From assembly GCF_026210795.1 (NCBI RefSeq), contig NC_089432.1, forward strand, positions 5,146,001-5,210,000: DNA of 64,000 bases. The letters run 5' to 3'. Below are positions 36,712-48,967 of this stretch, in pieces. Origin of the DNA: Rhizophagus irregularis (Eukaryota). Every line of letters starts with the position of its first letter. Within the stretch, counting starts at the first letter, position 1. A model generated the notes under the pieces. That model saw only the letters and a program-made list of their open reading frames with translations. It was not told the origin of the DNA and made no database searches. Both the position numbers and the translations under genes were made by a program.

Positions 36712-39200
36712 TTAAAAGGAGTCAATCATATCACAGGCCTCATCAATATCCAGCTCGTCTACAAATCCATTAGCGGCTTCCCATTCACGTTCCATATCAG
36801 TTTTTGGACGTTCCTCTGGGATTTCTCGTGCCTTACCCTTATTCATCTTCATAGTTTCATAACCGGAGGTGGTAGGGATAATCTCGGCATCATGATCCTC
36901 CTTATATGCTCTTATTAGATCTGCGAGTTCTTTACGGCTAGGTGTTTTAGGTAAGTACCCATTATATTCTATCCAGTCCTTGAAGCGGTCTACTACCTCC
37001 CTAAGGTAGTACTGGTACTCGTCCTCAATACGTGTTGTGGGACATTCCTCTACTTCAAACGCGAGTATTTTCCAGTCATAGTTGTCTGACACGTCTTGGT
37101 ACTTAGCCCATAAATCCTTACCTGTATTGTGGAGATCATTGAAGACCTGGTCCTTTGAATTCTTGACCCATGGCTTACGATCCCATCGGTGCCTTTCATG
37201 CCAAGCCCAGTGTGCTCGAGTACCTTCCTTTGGTTCAGGGTCCCAGTCAACTTCTAGTTCTGTGTCGGGTTCTGGGATAGGTTGCTCTTTAGGAGCCGGT
37301 TCTGGGTCAGGCTTAGTGACAGATGCAGAAAATTCTGCGGGAGACTCAGGTTGTTCTTCAGGAGCCGGTTCTGGGTCAGGCTTAGTGACAGATGCAGAAA
37401 ATTCTGCGGGAGACTCGGGTTGTTGTTCAGGAGCTGGGTTCACAGTTGTAAAATCTGAGTCAGATAGCAAGTCATCTAAGACGTCATAGTCATCAACAGC
37501 TTTAAGTGCAGGTTCTTCAGCAGGCGGCTCATCTTCTTGATCAGGTTCCTCATCAGATAGATAACAGTCTGAGAAGCTATCTATAGGTTCATCAGTATCT
37601 GACTCTATAGGAGCTGGAGATTCCTCAGGAATAGGATCCTCATTGATGACAGGTGCGGGTTTTACCTTCAAGCAATCGGGCTTAAGTGGTACTGGTGGTG
37701 GAGTCTTTTTGGTTTCTTCAGTAGGCTTCTTCTCGACAGAAGCGGGTTTTTCCTCAGCAGGTTTCTCAACAACTGGCTCTACTTCCTCTTGATCTACCTG
37801 TGCTTCCTGTATGTCTTGTGTCTCCTGGATTACTCTACTAAAATTCTTCGCAATTTTTGCTTTATCTAGTATGTAATAGTTTATTCTAGCACCTGAACGT
37901 CTTGGGCGAGTTTTAGGAATAAATTGCTTAATCTCCATACCAAACTTATTATCACTAAGTGTTTTGTTTTCGCCCTTCTCACTGCACCAATTCTGGTAAG
38001 TGCTATAGAAATTTGTACAAGGAATTTCAAGTGTATCACAATTGTCGGGCCACATCATTTCAAGGTAATATTGTATGAAACGCTGGGGATTTGGAATACT
38101 TGCTTCGATTAGCTCCTGTTTCATTTGAGTATCAGGAATAGATCGGGGATTGAAGCTAGTTAAGTCTCGGCTAAGTAAATAGGACATGAAGGAACTGGCT
38201 GTATCCGGATTTTCTAATACTTTTACGAGAGAACCGAAGTATTCTCTATTGCCCTTATATTTGGCTGAGACGTTGAGAGCTACAAATCTTTCATCTCCCA
38301 TTTCTATACGGATTGGCATAGCATGATTACTGAGGATCATGTAGCCAGCAAAGTCATCAATAACCTTCACATCTATCCCCTTTTCCTCGATAGAGATGTA
38401 AGGCTCGGTGATTAAACTCTTGAGTCGGTTGTTTGCCCCGTGCCATTCCTTGCCTGACATATCACATTCATTGAGGATGATAAGTTTTTTGGCACGAACA
38501 GCCGCATTGAACCTTCCCATTACATCTTCAAGACGCGTAGTGGAGAGGAAGTTTTCACGGCCGAGAATACGTTCTCCGATAAAATCGGTTAAGATATTCT
38601 TACCACATCTGGGGGACTGCGCATAATAATTGCTGTACCGGGTTTTTTGTCAGGATTTTGAACCAGAAATGCAAGCCAGTTGAGGATGTACGTGGTTAAC
38701 TGCTTGTCCTCTGCACACCATACCTTATGAACATGTCGAATGATTGGATTAACTAGGTTCGGTTTGATGTGCTCAGCGGGTTGAGCCCTGAAACCTAGAA
38801 AGAGATTGAAGAATTCAGGATTATACTTTGGCGCGTTTGGGGGATAAGGCATGAAGTTTACATCTGTATAACAGATCTTTGTGACTGAGGCTTGGATAAG
38901 AAGGTCCTTTAACTTGATGGATGTGGTCATACCATCATCTTCTCCTGCATCTGACCGAATACTTACCTTGTGCTTAGTAGAAATTCCCTTGAGATCTGCA
39001 GCAAACTCGAAGTATATGCTTCCATTATAAGCCTTCTTTTTTCTGATCCACATGCCGGACTTCGTGGTGATGAAAGCCACAGAAGCTGAGATTGCTGAAT
39101 TGATGCTTTCTTTTATGTGTGTACCTATACACTTTTTAAGAAGGTCATCGTAGAAGAAACGGTTGTTGGGGTTAAAGATTGCTGGAACTTGAGCGGCCAT
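36712..39200 (-). CDS. D5-like/SF3 helicase with long acidic Pro-rich tail; one frameshift at ~38611-38615
   Basis: Joining the two ORFs at the G5 run yields Walker A RSPPRCGKN, Walker B ILNE and motif C ILSN, plus FNLFLGF and wHTH FYSTYQNWC; ATG of MAAQ at 39200 preferred. Confidence 0.85.
37290..37425 (-). repeat. 60-bp tandem duplication in the helicase tail (QPESPAEFSASVTKPDPEPAP x2)
   Basis: Direct repeat visible in DNA and protein. Confidence 0.9.
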
Positions 39201-39434
39201 TTTTTGTTCTATCAAATCGAGTACTAATTTATAGTTACCTAATCTTCAATTGCCGAATATTTTTTCCAAAGATCTGCACTCCTACCAGGTTACCCTCCTG
39301 TAGTCCTGTGGTCCTGCGGTTCTGCGGTCCTCCGGTTATATCTGGTTATCTTTTAGGGGTAAAAAAAAACTATAAACCACGAACCTTTACGACTGCTCTA
39401 AATCTTCCCTTCCCCCTTTTCAATCCACGTATAT

Positions 39435-39872
39435 CTAGTGAAATCCACACCGCTCAAGAGCCCACCTTACCATTATTTGCTCTTTTCTAGCGTCCGTTAA
39501 CTCTTTACAAGCCTTTTGATACTCCTTCCAATTAAGCTCATGAAGTTCACGATTTCCAATACCCTCTTCCTCAAATGATTGACCAAGAGCATCCCCCGCT
39601 TTTTCCTTCTTTTCTACTGCCCTGTCGTATGCCTCCTCGGCTTTCTCATATCGCTTCCACAACTCGGCTTTACAACAGTTGTACCAGAGTCTGTTTATCT
39701 TGAGGTGCTTTCCAAATTCTTTGGCCGGAAGGTTTCTGACTATTTCTGCTACTATATCTGGGTCGTTGAGGGGCGATGCCCGCATTTGGATCCATTTACG
39801 GATTCCATAGATGTCTACAAGATCAAGTCCGAGGTCTTCGGCAAGATAAGTGGCTGCGTGTAAGTTCATCAT
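39435..39872 (-). CDS. Second F-box-like protein with coiled coil
   Basis: SPLNDPDIVAEIVRNLPAKEFGKHLKINRLW resembles an F-box and the 33666-34070 protein. Confidence 0.6.
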   Translation of the reverse strand: MMNLHAATYLAEDLGLDLVDIYGIRKWIQMRASPLNDPDIVAEIVRNLPAKEFGKHLKINRLWYNCCKAELWKRYEKAEEAYDRAVEKKEKAGDALGQSFEEEGIGNRELHELNWKEYQKACKELTDARKEQIMVRWALERCGFH

Positions 39873-39889
39873 TGTATATTACTTATGGT

Positions 39890-40406
39890 ATACCCATTGT
39901 TCAATTACTTATTTTTTCTGACGGGGTAAGTGGCCATAGTTCGGTGGTCATAGTTCAGCGGTCATAGTTCGGTGGTCATAGTTCGGCGGTCATAGTTCGG
40001 TGGCATAGTTCGGTGTCTCAGGTAAGTAGATAAAGGGTGGTCATAGCTTAAATCGGGTTTTGGAGCCTGAGGAGCTAACTAAGGTGGCCATAGTATTATC
40101 ATAAGTTTTTTGAACTGTGGCCAGTACTATGACCGGATATTCTGTCTGATTTTGGCTTTATTCGCGTTTTTATCCACTTTTTAGTAGTCTGGTCATAGTG
40201 GTCATAGTGGTCATAGTAGTTTTATATATAAGAAAAAATGGATAAAAAAAAAGAGTTGGAAAGTAGTGTGACCAGCCATGGCCACTGTGGCCATGGTAGT
40301 AGTATATATGGGGATTCCTGACCCCCGTAGGGGGGATATAGGTACTGCGAGGCCGTGAGGCCGAGGTGGGGTGAGCGGTAGCGAGACACACATCCAGACC
40401 GACGAC
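39890..40406 (-). repeat. Right terminal inverted repeat
   Basis: By eye differs from the left TIR at about 3 positions (one homopolymer indel, two transitions). Confidence 0.95.
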
Positions 40407-41488
40407 ATCCTGAAAATGTTTGCGAAACATAATTTAATTGAAATACTTAATAAAAAATGTTTTCGCAACATTTTCTATTAAAATAATTAAAAAAACGTTT
40501 GCGAAACATTTTTTTTATTAAATTAAGTTTCGCAAATGTTTTCAGGATCGGTTAAACGGTCAGTCAAACGGTCAGGATCTTTGACCGACCAATATCGGTC
40601 ACGGTCATGACCGGTCATAACCGGTTAATGACCGTGACCGTTGCCATCCCTAATCATGAGCATGTGATCAACAAAATCAATTGAAAAGATTCGAAACCAA
40701 TGTTCCTAAATACCATAAAGTAGACATCTTAATATAGAATCAATAGGGGATGAAGATAAATACATATTCGGATTCAGTTGACAGGAAGGCTTCTTGAATG
40801 GTCACATTATACAAAACAGAAAAATTTTCATTTTTGTTAGATGTGGATGGGTGTTATTTCATTAGGGTTTAAGGTTAAATTTCTTTTGGAATCATATAAG
40901 TTGTTAGATTTAAGTATATTTTTGCAGTTAACATTAACAATATATATTTGAGTTAAAGATTATGGTTTGTATTAGATTAGTTAAAATTTAGCACTTAAAA
41001 GATTCTTGTAAACTAAAAAATTTGTTAAAAATGAAAAAACTAGTTTCCTTCAGTTTGAGAGAAAAGAAAAGAGAGAAAAATGAGGTAAAGCTTCATTAAA
41101 AAGAAGTTTAAGAAGTTTTTAAAAAAAGTTTAAGCTATACTTTAAGAAAATGGTTAAAGTTTAAAAAAAAGTTTAAACTTTAAGAAAAAATTTAGTTTAA
41201 AAAAGTTTAAACTCTTAAGAAAAAGCTTATACTATATCATGTGATACATGTGATACATAATTAAATATGGGCCTTTCCGATAAAAATGTTTTCCCATTAA
41301 TTTATTTTACAATTATATTTAAAAGGTACATATATATAAATGTCACATGTATTTAACCTTATGAAAAGCCTCTACTCCATAAACAGGTAGAGGCTATTAG
41401 GTATTAGCACCTATAGAAAAAGCCATTGCTGTTCCCTCCACCTATTTATAGTGATAAAAAGAGGGAGTCTTCAGTAGTAAGGCGTAAT

Positions 41489-42173
41489 TAGGGTTGGATC
41501 AGTCCAGTCCAGTCCAGTCCAGTCCCAAAAAGACTGGTCTTTCAACCTGGACCAGACCAAACTGGGACCGGACTGATTTAAATTCAAGAAATTTGTCCCC
41601 ATGATGTTAAGACCTCTAAAACATTAAAGAACATTGTGAAACATTTCTTAATATGTAATTTAACAAATAAAAAATGTTTCGCAACATTTTTTAATTATTT
41701 TAATAGAAACATTGTGAAAACATTTTTTATTAATAAGTTCATAAAAAAACATTTTTCGCAAACGTTTTTAATTATTTTAACAAACAATGTTGCAAAAACG
41801 TTTTAATACGTTTTGCAGCATTTTTTATTAAGTAATTTAATAAAAAAACATTTTCACATGTTTTTTAATTATTTTATTAATAGGAAACGTTACAAAAACA
41901 TTTTTTATTAATAATTTCACGAAAAAAAGGTTTTCGCACATTTTTTTAATAAAAAACGTTGCAAAAATGTTAAAAATTGAACTGATAATCAGTTTTGGCA
42001 AAAACCGTGCCCTAGAAGTACATGAGCACAAAAATTTGGCTCATTTTTACTGGATATTAATAATATAAGATCGGTTCCGGTCTGGTCCAGTCCTCAGATC
42101 TCAGACCGAAGACTGTGAAGATCGGTCCCAAAACCGACGCAGGACCGGTCTTTGCTAGGACTGATCCAACCTA
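41489..42173. mobile_element. hAT-type MITE (TAGGGTTGGATCAGTCC family)
   Basis: Inverted ends; degenerate 8-bp TSD GGCGTAAT/GGTGTATT; inverted copy at 47609-48967. Confidence 0.75.
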
Positions 42174-42969
42174 GGTGTATTATAATTGCAAAAAAAAACA
42201 AAACCAAACTGACTAAAATTACACATTTTTGTGAATTTTTTTATATTAAAATTTACAATTTTAAACATAAGATAAAAAGTTAAGATTTGCAATTTTAAAC
42301 GAAATAAAAAATTAAGTCGATTGTTTCATTATTACCCAAAATGAAGTGAAAAGATAAAATTTAATAACTTACAAATACTTTTTTCAAAAAAAAAATCGTA
42401 TTTTTAAAATTATAAAAAAAATTCATATTGCTTTAATATAGCCAATATAAAGTGGTAACATAAAAAATATTTTCACTAATGTCATTATATTTCAAAAATG
42501 TTTTATTTATATTACAAAAATATTTACTTATATCATTAATTTAAGGTCATATTTTAATAAATTTCTAAAATATTTTATCCATATTACAAAAATATTTGCT
42601 ACATTGTATTAGCTTAAGTTTAAATTTCAACATGTATTAAAAATATTGTTACATTATTTTATTAATATTACGAAAATATTACATATATTAAAATATGTTA
42701 AACATATATATACTATCTGTTGTTAACATGTATTAATTATGTTTAACATACATATTTTATATATTTTATGAAAACCAGAGGTTACTGCAAAAGTTATTAT
42801 TACTATATTCTAAATACTTTATTATTTATCTTATTCCTTAACAATTTAAATTTAATCAATATAAGCAACTATCCTGAACAAAATAGTACTAGTTCAATGA
42901 AAATTACTTTAACTTTTAATATTTATTTTCAACTTGTGATATATATTTATTTACTAACATCTATTATCT

Positions 42970-43897
42970 AGATGCTCTTTCAAATCTATTTGAGTTAGAT
43001 TTCAGCATCTATTTGGGTTTAGGTTGTGTGATTCAAGATATCAAAATAATTATCATGAATTGGCACAAATATGCAGATCAATAGAAAAAATTTATATAGG
43101 CCTTAGTAGCCCTGAAATTATTGAATGCAAAAACAGATTAAATACATATATGTAAAGGAAGATGGTAATTGTGAGAAAATAAACCAAGCTTTATAAAAAC
43201 ATGCAAATTCAATTGTTCTTTTAAATTTAACAATATATACAAAAAATGGATCCTTTCTATATGATTTACTCCTTCCAAAATTAATTAATTTACAATATTT
43301 AAAGATAAATAATATGGAATCAAAATGTATACTAGAGCATGTAATATATTTAAATTATCACAACCTTCAATACTTGATTTTGTAAAAGTATCACTTGATA
43401 TAGCAATAAATATTCAAAATACCAATGGAAATCTATGGAAAATTAAAATTAGACGCACTGCTGATAATGATCATGTAAAAGAATATAATCAGACAATCCA
43501 CCAATATCGCCTAAATATAAAATATGTTTCAGTATTTTTAAATGATGATGAACCCTGAAAGAACTAGAGAATATTTTCATCAAATGCCAACATTTGGTAG
43601 CAATAGATATATTTGAAAATTTTAGTTATGAATATGCGAATAAATTGCTGAATTTTATTGGTTGATTTAGCTCCACTCACTTTATACAGACTTCACATTG
43701 ATTTTATTACTAATTTTGATAGAGAATCTTTAAAATTATTTTTTACTAATTGTAAAGGTAGAAAAACTTTATATTTATATCATCTTTATAATTACTTACG
43801 TGAAAATTTTGTAGTGAAAGATATTATAGAACTAGATTACTATGATGATGATTTTTGGAATCATGAAATTACAATGTTAAATGATGAACAAAAATGA
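42970..43897 (+). pseudogene. 5'-truncated, frameshifted F-box/LRR paralog
   Basis: High similarity to ~46305-47225 with stops and indels. Confidence 0.85.
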
Positions 43898-45830
43898 TTG
43901 AATATAAATTTTAATTATTACTAGTATGAAGTTTTTTAAATATAATTGATATAATTCATATTCTAAAGTATAACAGATAATGTATTGTGTGCATAAAATT
44001 AAAAATTGGGTTATCAAAACTTTTATCATAATAAAAGAAAATTAAAATCAAACTTATGATAGTTTTATACTTTTAAGATTCATTTAATATTATCCTACAT
44101 AACAAATGAGTTTAAAACAAAAAGTTTCAGAATTAATAAAATCAACAACTTTTCAAAATATAATATACCAGAATACAGTTTACTACATACTGCGATAGTA
44201 TAAATATACTGCGGGGCCACACGACCACGTGATATTTAACGATATGCTTCAACATGTCGCAATTGTCGCATTACTCATTTAATCACAAATGTTGAATTTA
44301 GTGCTTTACTAGTTTATATTACCCAAAACCGTTACCTAACATGGAAAATTCCCTAAAATATGGCACTGATAACGTCAAGATTGGAATATCTGAAGTAGTT
44401 ATTAATTTCTGGTATGTTTTATATAATTTCAATATTATTGGCTTTGTTAGTTCTTTCATTTTTTAAAAAAAATTAAAAAAGATCCTTTTAAAAGTAGAAG
44501 CAAAAGTACAATGGAAACAGAAAAATATATGTAATTTATATTGGCCATTTAAAAAAATTTTAGCAAGAATGAATTTTACGTTATTTCACTAACATTAATA
44601 TATTATTAATCCATTGATTTAATGGATGAAATTAGTATCACTAGAATATATTATATTGTTTTAAACATTTAAATAGTTTTAAATGAATATTTAAAGGTGA
44701 TTTATTAATATATGTTAAATTATTGGCTAAAATAAATTTGTTGGTTAAAATAAATGTACAATTCGAAAGTACACATAATAATCTTGTTTCTCATTATTAC
44801 TACAAGTAAATAAGTAAATAAAAATTTTATTAGAGATGGCCATTCAAATAGATTTTAGTAATTCTTGAATTTACTTATTAAAAAAATTTCACTAATTTTT
44901 AATTTAAGTACTACTATCACCTTAATTGAAGTTGTTTCTTTTGTAAAATTACGTCTATCTAGTGACAACAATAGATTTGTTAAAATAATAAATTTTTTTA
45001 TTAGAATCGGCTTTTTTGTAATTTACAGAAAATCTGACTGAATATCTACCATTATAACATTAAAAAATCCTTTTCTTTATGTAAATTGCTTATATTTTTG
45101 CTGTTAATATTATAATTCTCATGACCAAAAATTTTCACAGTTCTCTCCGTACTACTAGATATTGAGATTGCCGTTTGGGACATGTTTAAACAGTTCAGTA
45201 TTCATATCAATTTTCATTTACACATTCAGACTGATTATAGGTTAACTCAAGTTTTATGCTTTTACTTTATATGAGTGAGGCAATTATAATAACATAAATC
45301 CAACTTCAATATATACAAATATAATTTAGTAATTTTCTCCAAAATAGATTATTTTTCATAATTGTTAATAACAATACAGCCTAACTTTGCCAAAAATTTT
45401 GAAGACATTAATTTAATATGCTGTTAATCTGTCATATTGCTTTAATTTTAAATTAATGTAGCCCTTTCCTATTACTATTAAATTGTAACAAATAAACTTC
45501 CCTTTTAAATTTTCTCTGAACTTCTAAAGTAAAATCAACTTTTAAGCTAATTCTAAACTTCTAAATCATTAGTTTAGAAAGGCAACAAATAGAAAATCCA
45601 TTGCTATTGTGAAAGTTCATTATGACTAATAATATGATGAGCTGACTGAGCAGTTATAATTATTAATAATTTTATAGCAATTATTTCTCAATGTGATTGT
45701 TTAAAATGATGAGTTTATGTTATTATGATATAATTTATCAGTATAATTGCTCTATTCATCTTTCCATTTTTTTTCTTCTTTTTTCCTGAAAAAAAAGTTT
45801 TTATTCCTTTTATTTCCTAAAAAAAAAAAA

Positions 45831-47225
45831 ATGACAGAATTAAATGATGATGTTCTATTCTACATTTTTCAAGATTTATATTACTTAATTACTTCTAATT
45901 CAAATAATGAAAAGAAATATAAAAAATCTCTATATTTTTGTTTGTTTGTTAACAAACATTGGTATGAAATTATGGTTCCAATTTTATGGAGTTATCCTTA
46001 TAAACATGTTTATAAAAAAGAATCATTATTCAATATCATCATTTCTCATTTATCAGATAATTCAATTAAATTTTTAAAAGATAAAAATATTATTGAAGCA
46101 AATTTTCAGAAACAAAAACTTTCATTTAAATATATTAAATTTTGCCGATATCTTAATGATATTCATAAAATTTTTCCAATAAGATCATCAAATTTATTGA
46201 AAGAAAAAATTTATAAGCTTTTTATTAGTGAATGTTCATCTATAAAATCTTTGAGTTCAGAAATGGTATGTTATCCAATATTGAAATATCCAGGAGCAAA
46301 TATTTCTCTTTCCAATCTATATGAGTTAGATTTCAAATCAGGGCGATTAAATGATTATCATGAATTGGCACAAATATGCAGATCAATAGAAAAAATTTAT
46401 ATAGACCTTAGTAGACCTAACATTACTGAATTAATTGAAATGCAAAAACAGATTAAATACATATATGTAAAGGAAGATGATAATTGTGAAAAAATAGATC
46501 AAGCTCTAGAAAAACATGCAAATTCAATTGTTCTTTTAAATTTAACAATATATACAAAAAATGGATCCTTTCTATATGATTTACTCCTTCCAAAATTAAG
46601 TAATTTACAATATTTAAGGATAAATAATATGGAATCAAAATGTATACTAAAGCATGTAATACATTTAAACTATTACAACCTTCAAGTACTTGATTTGGTA
46701 GAAGTATCACTTGATATAGCAATAAATATTATTCAAAATACCAATGGAAATCTATGGAAAATTAAAATTAGATGCCATGCTGACTATGATCGTATAAAAG
46801 AATATGATCAGACAATCCACCAATATTGCCCAAATATAAAATATGTTACAGTATTTTTAAATGATGAAACCCTGAAAGAACTAGAGAAAATTTTCATCAA
46901 ATGCCAACATTTGGTAGCAATAGATGTACTTGAAAATTTTAGTAGTAGTGAATATGCAAATAAATTGCTGAATTTATTGGTTGATTTAGCTCCACTCACT
47001 TTATACAGACTTCACATTGATTTTATTACTAATTTTAATAGAGAATATTTAAAATTATTTTTTACTAATTGGAATCGTAAAGGTAGAAAAACTTTACATT
47101 TATATCATCTTTGTGATTACTTACGTGAAAGACTTGTAGTGAAAAATATTAGAGAACTAGAATATTATAATGATGATTTTTGGAATCATAGAATTACAAT
47201 GTTAAATGATGAAAAAAATGATTGA
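45831..47225 (+). CDS. F-box/LRR(RNI)-like protein
   Basis: Intact ORF from the ATG of MTELNDD; paralog of 5954-7312 and 55801-57207. Confidence 0.82.
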   Translation: MTELNDDVLFYIFQDLYYLITSNSNNEKKYKKSLYFCLFVNKHWYEIMVPILWSYPYKHVYKKESLFNIIISHLSDNSIKFLKDKNIIEANFQKQKLSFKYIKFCRYLNDIHKIFPIRSSNLLKEKIYKLFISECSSIKSLSSEMVCYPILKYPGANISLSNLYELDFKSGRLNDYHELAQICRSIEKIYIDLSRPNITELIEMQKQIKYIYVKEDDNCEKIDQALEKHANSIVLLNLTIYTKNGSFLYDLLLPKLSNLQYLRINNMESKCILKHVIHLNYYNLQVLDLVEVSLDIAINIIQNTNGNLWKIKIRCHADYDRIKEYDQTIHQYCPNIKYVTVFLNDETLKELEKIFIKCQHLVAIDVLENFSSSEYANKLLNLLVDLAPLTLYRLHIDFITNFNREYLKLFFTNWNRKGRKTLHLYHLCDYLRERLVVKNIRELEYYNDDFWNHRITMLNDEKND

Positions 47226-47608
47226 ATATAAAATTTAATTATTACTAGTATGAAGTTTTTTTAAATATAATTGATATAATTTATATTCTAAAGTATAACA
47301 GATAATGTATTTGTATGCATAAAATTAAAAATTGGATTATCAAAACTTTTATCATAATAAAAAGAAAATTAAAATCAAACTTATGATAGTTTTATACTTT
47401 TAAGATTCAGTTAATATTATCTTATATATAAACAAATAAGTTTAAAACAAAAAGTTTCAGAATTAATAAAATCAACAATTTTTTAAAATATAATATACAA
47501 GAATACAGTCTTACTAGCATGGCAGACATGCTTATATCACCTTGCTGATCATTTGCCAATTACATAATTCCAATTTTAAAATTTATTGCAAAAGCCACAA
47601 ATATTTTC

Positions 47609-48967
47609 TAGGGTTAGATCGGTCCTAGCTAGGGATGGCAACGGTCACGGTCATTAACCGATTGTGACCGGTCATGACCGTGACCGATATCGGTCGGTCA
47701 AGACTTCTGACCGACCGTTTGACCGACACAGGTCGAAATGCTAAAAATCGGCAAAAAAAATGGCGCGAAAAGCAGTAGCTATTCTTGGCTATTCTTGGCT
47801 ATTCTTGGCTGTTTTTGGCTATTTACGAATTAACCTATACTATTTGTAAATAGTTTATACAAATTTGCGAATAGTTTATGCGATTTGCGCCATTTTTTTT
47901 GCCTATTTTTTATCATTTGACGTGTGCGACCAAATTTTTTTATGAAAAATTTAATAAAAAACGTCGCGAAACGTTTTTTATTAATAATTTAATTAAAAAA
48001 AAACGTTTTTCGCAAACGTTTTTAATTATTTTAACAAAAAACGTTGCGAAAACGGTTTTATTAATAATTTAATTAAAATAAAACGTTTTCGCAACGTTTT
48101 TTCAATTATTTTAATAGAAACGTTGCGAAAACATTTTTTATTAATAATTTAATAAAAAAAACGTTTACACACATTTTTTCAATTGCCTTAATAAAAACGC
48201 TGCGAAAATATAAAAAAAATGATCGGTCAAACGGTCGGTCAAACGGTCGGTAGGTCGGTCAAAGGTTCTTGACCAGTCATGACTGACCGATGACTGACCA
48301 TGACCGACCGTTGCCATCCCTAGTCCTAGCAAAGACCAGTCCTGCATCGGTCTTGGGACCGGTCTTCACGGTCTTCAGTCCGAGATCTGAGGACCAGTCT
48401 GGACCGGACTGATCTTATATTATTAATAAAAATGAGCCAAATTTTTGTGCTCATGTACTTCTAGGGCACGGTTTTAGCTAAAACTGATTATCAGTTTGGT
48501 TTTTAACATTTTCGCAACATTTTTTATTAAAAAAATGTGCGAAAACCTTTTTTTTGTGAAATTATTAATAAAAAATGTTTTTGTAACGTTTTCTATTAAT
48601 AAAATAATTAAAAAATGTGCGAAAATGTTTTTTTATTAAATTACTTAATAAAAAATGCTGCAAAATATATAAAAACGTTTTCGCAATGTTGTTTATTAAA
48701 ATAATTAAAAACGTTTGCGAAAAACGTTTTTTTTATGAACTTATTAATAAAAAACGTTTTCACAACATTTTCTATTAAAATAATTAAAAAATGTTGCGAA
48801 ACGTTTTTTATTTGTTAAATTACATGTTAAATACGTTTTGCAATGTTCTTTAATGTTTTAGAGGTCTTAAAATCATGGGGACAAATTTCTTGAATTTAAA
48901 TCGGTCCAGTCCAGGTTGAAAGACTGGTCTTTTTGGGACCGGACCAGACCGGACTGATCCAACTTTA
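47609..48967. mobile_element. hAT-type MITE containing a nested MITE
   Basis: 8-bp TSD ATATTTTC (47601-47608, 48968-48975); reverse complement of 41489-42173. Confidence 0.85.
47630..48322. mobile_element. hAT-type MITE (TAGGGATGGCAACGGTC family)
   Basis: Perfect TIR and 8-bp TSD GTCCTAGC (47622-47629, 48323-48330). Confidence 0.9.

Larger units (their letters stand above)
25973..40406. mobile_element. Polinton/Maverick-like self-synthesizing element carrying Gag and retropepsin
   Basis: ~516-bp TIRs, ATCCT duplication (25968-25972, 40407-40411), intron-less densely packed ORFs including integrase, pPolB, A32 ATPase and SF3 helicase; visibly higher GC than the flanks. Confidence 0.93.
25832..40652. 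mobile_element. hAT-type MITE (TAGGGATGGCAACGGTC family) split by the 14.4-kb element
   Basis: TIRs at 25832 and ending 40652; perfect 8-bp TSD ATCATGAG (25824-25831, 40653-40660); related uninterrupted copy at 47630-48322. Confidence 0.9.

Noticed and set aside
34764..37489. Plus-strand ORFs antisense to pPolB and helicase
   Set aside because: Shadow ORFs of GC-richer coding sequence with no motifs
25973..40406. Bacterial/phage contamination or endobacterial DNA
   Set aside because: Clean insertion with target duplication into a fungal MITE whose own 8-bp TSD is intact; chromodomain and F-box domains are eukaryotic
45747..45830. N-terminal extensions of the F-box ORFs (also 55720-55800)
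   Set aside because: TTG starts in T/A-rich UTR; all paralogs begin at MTELNDD
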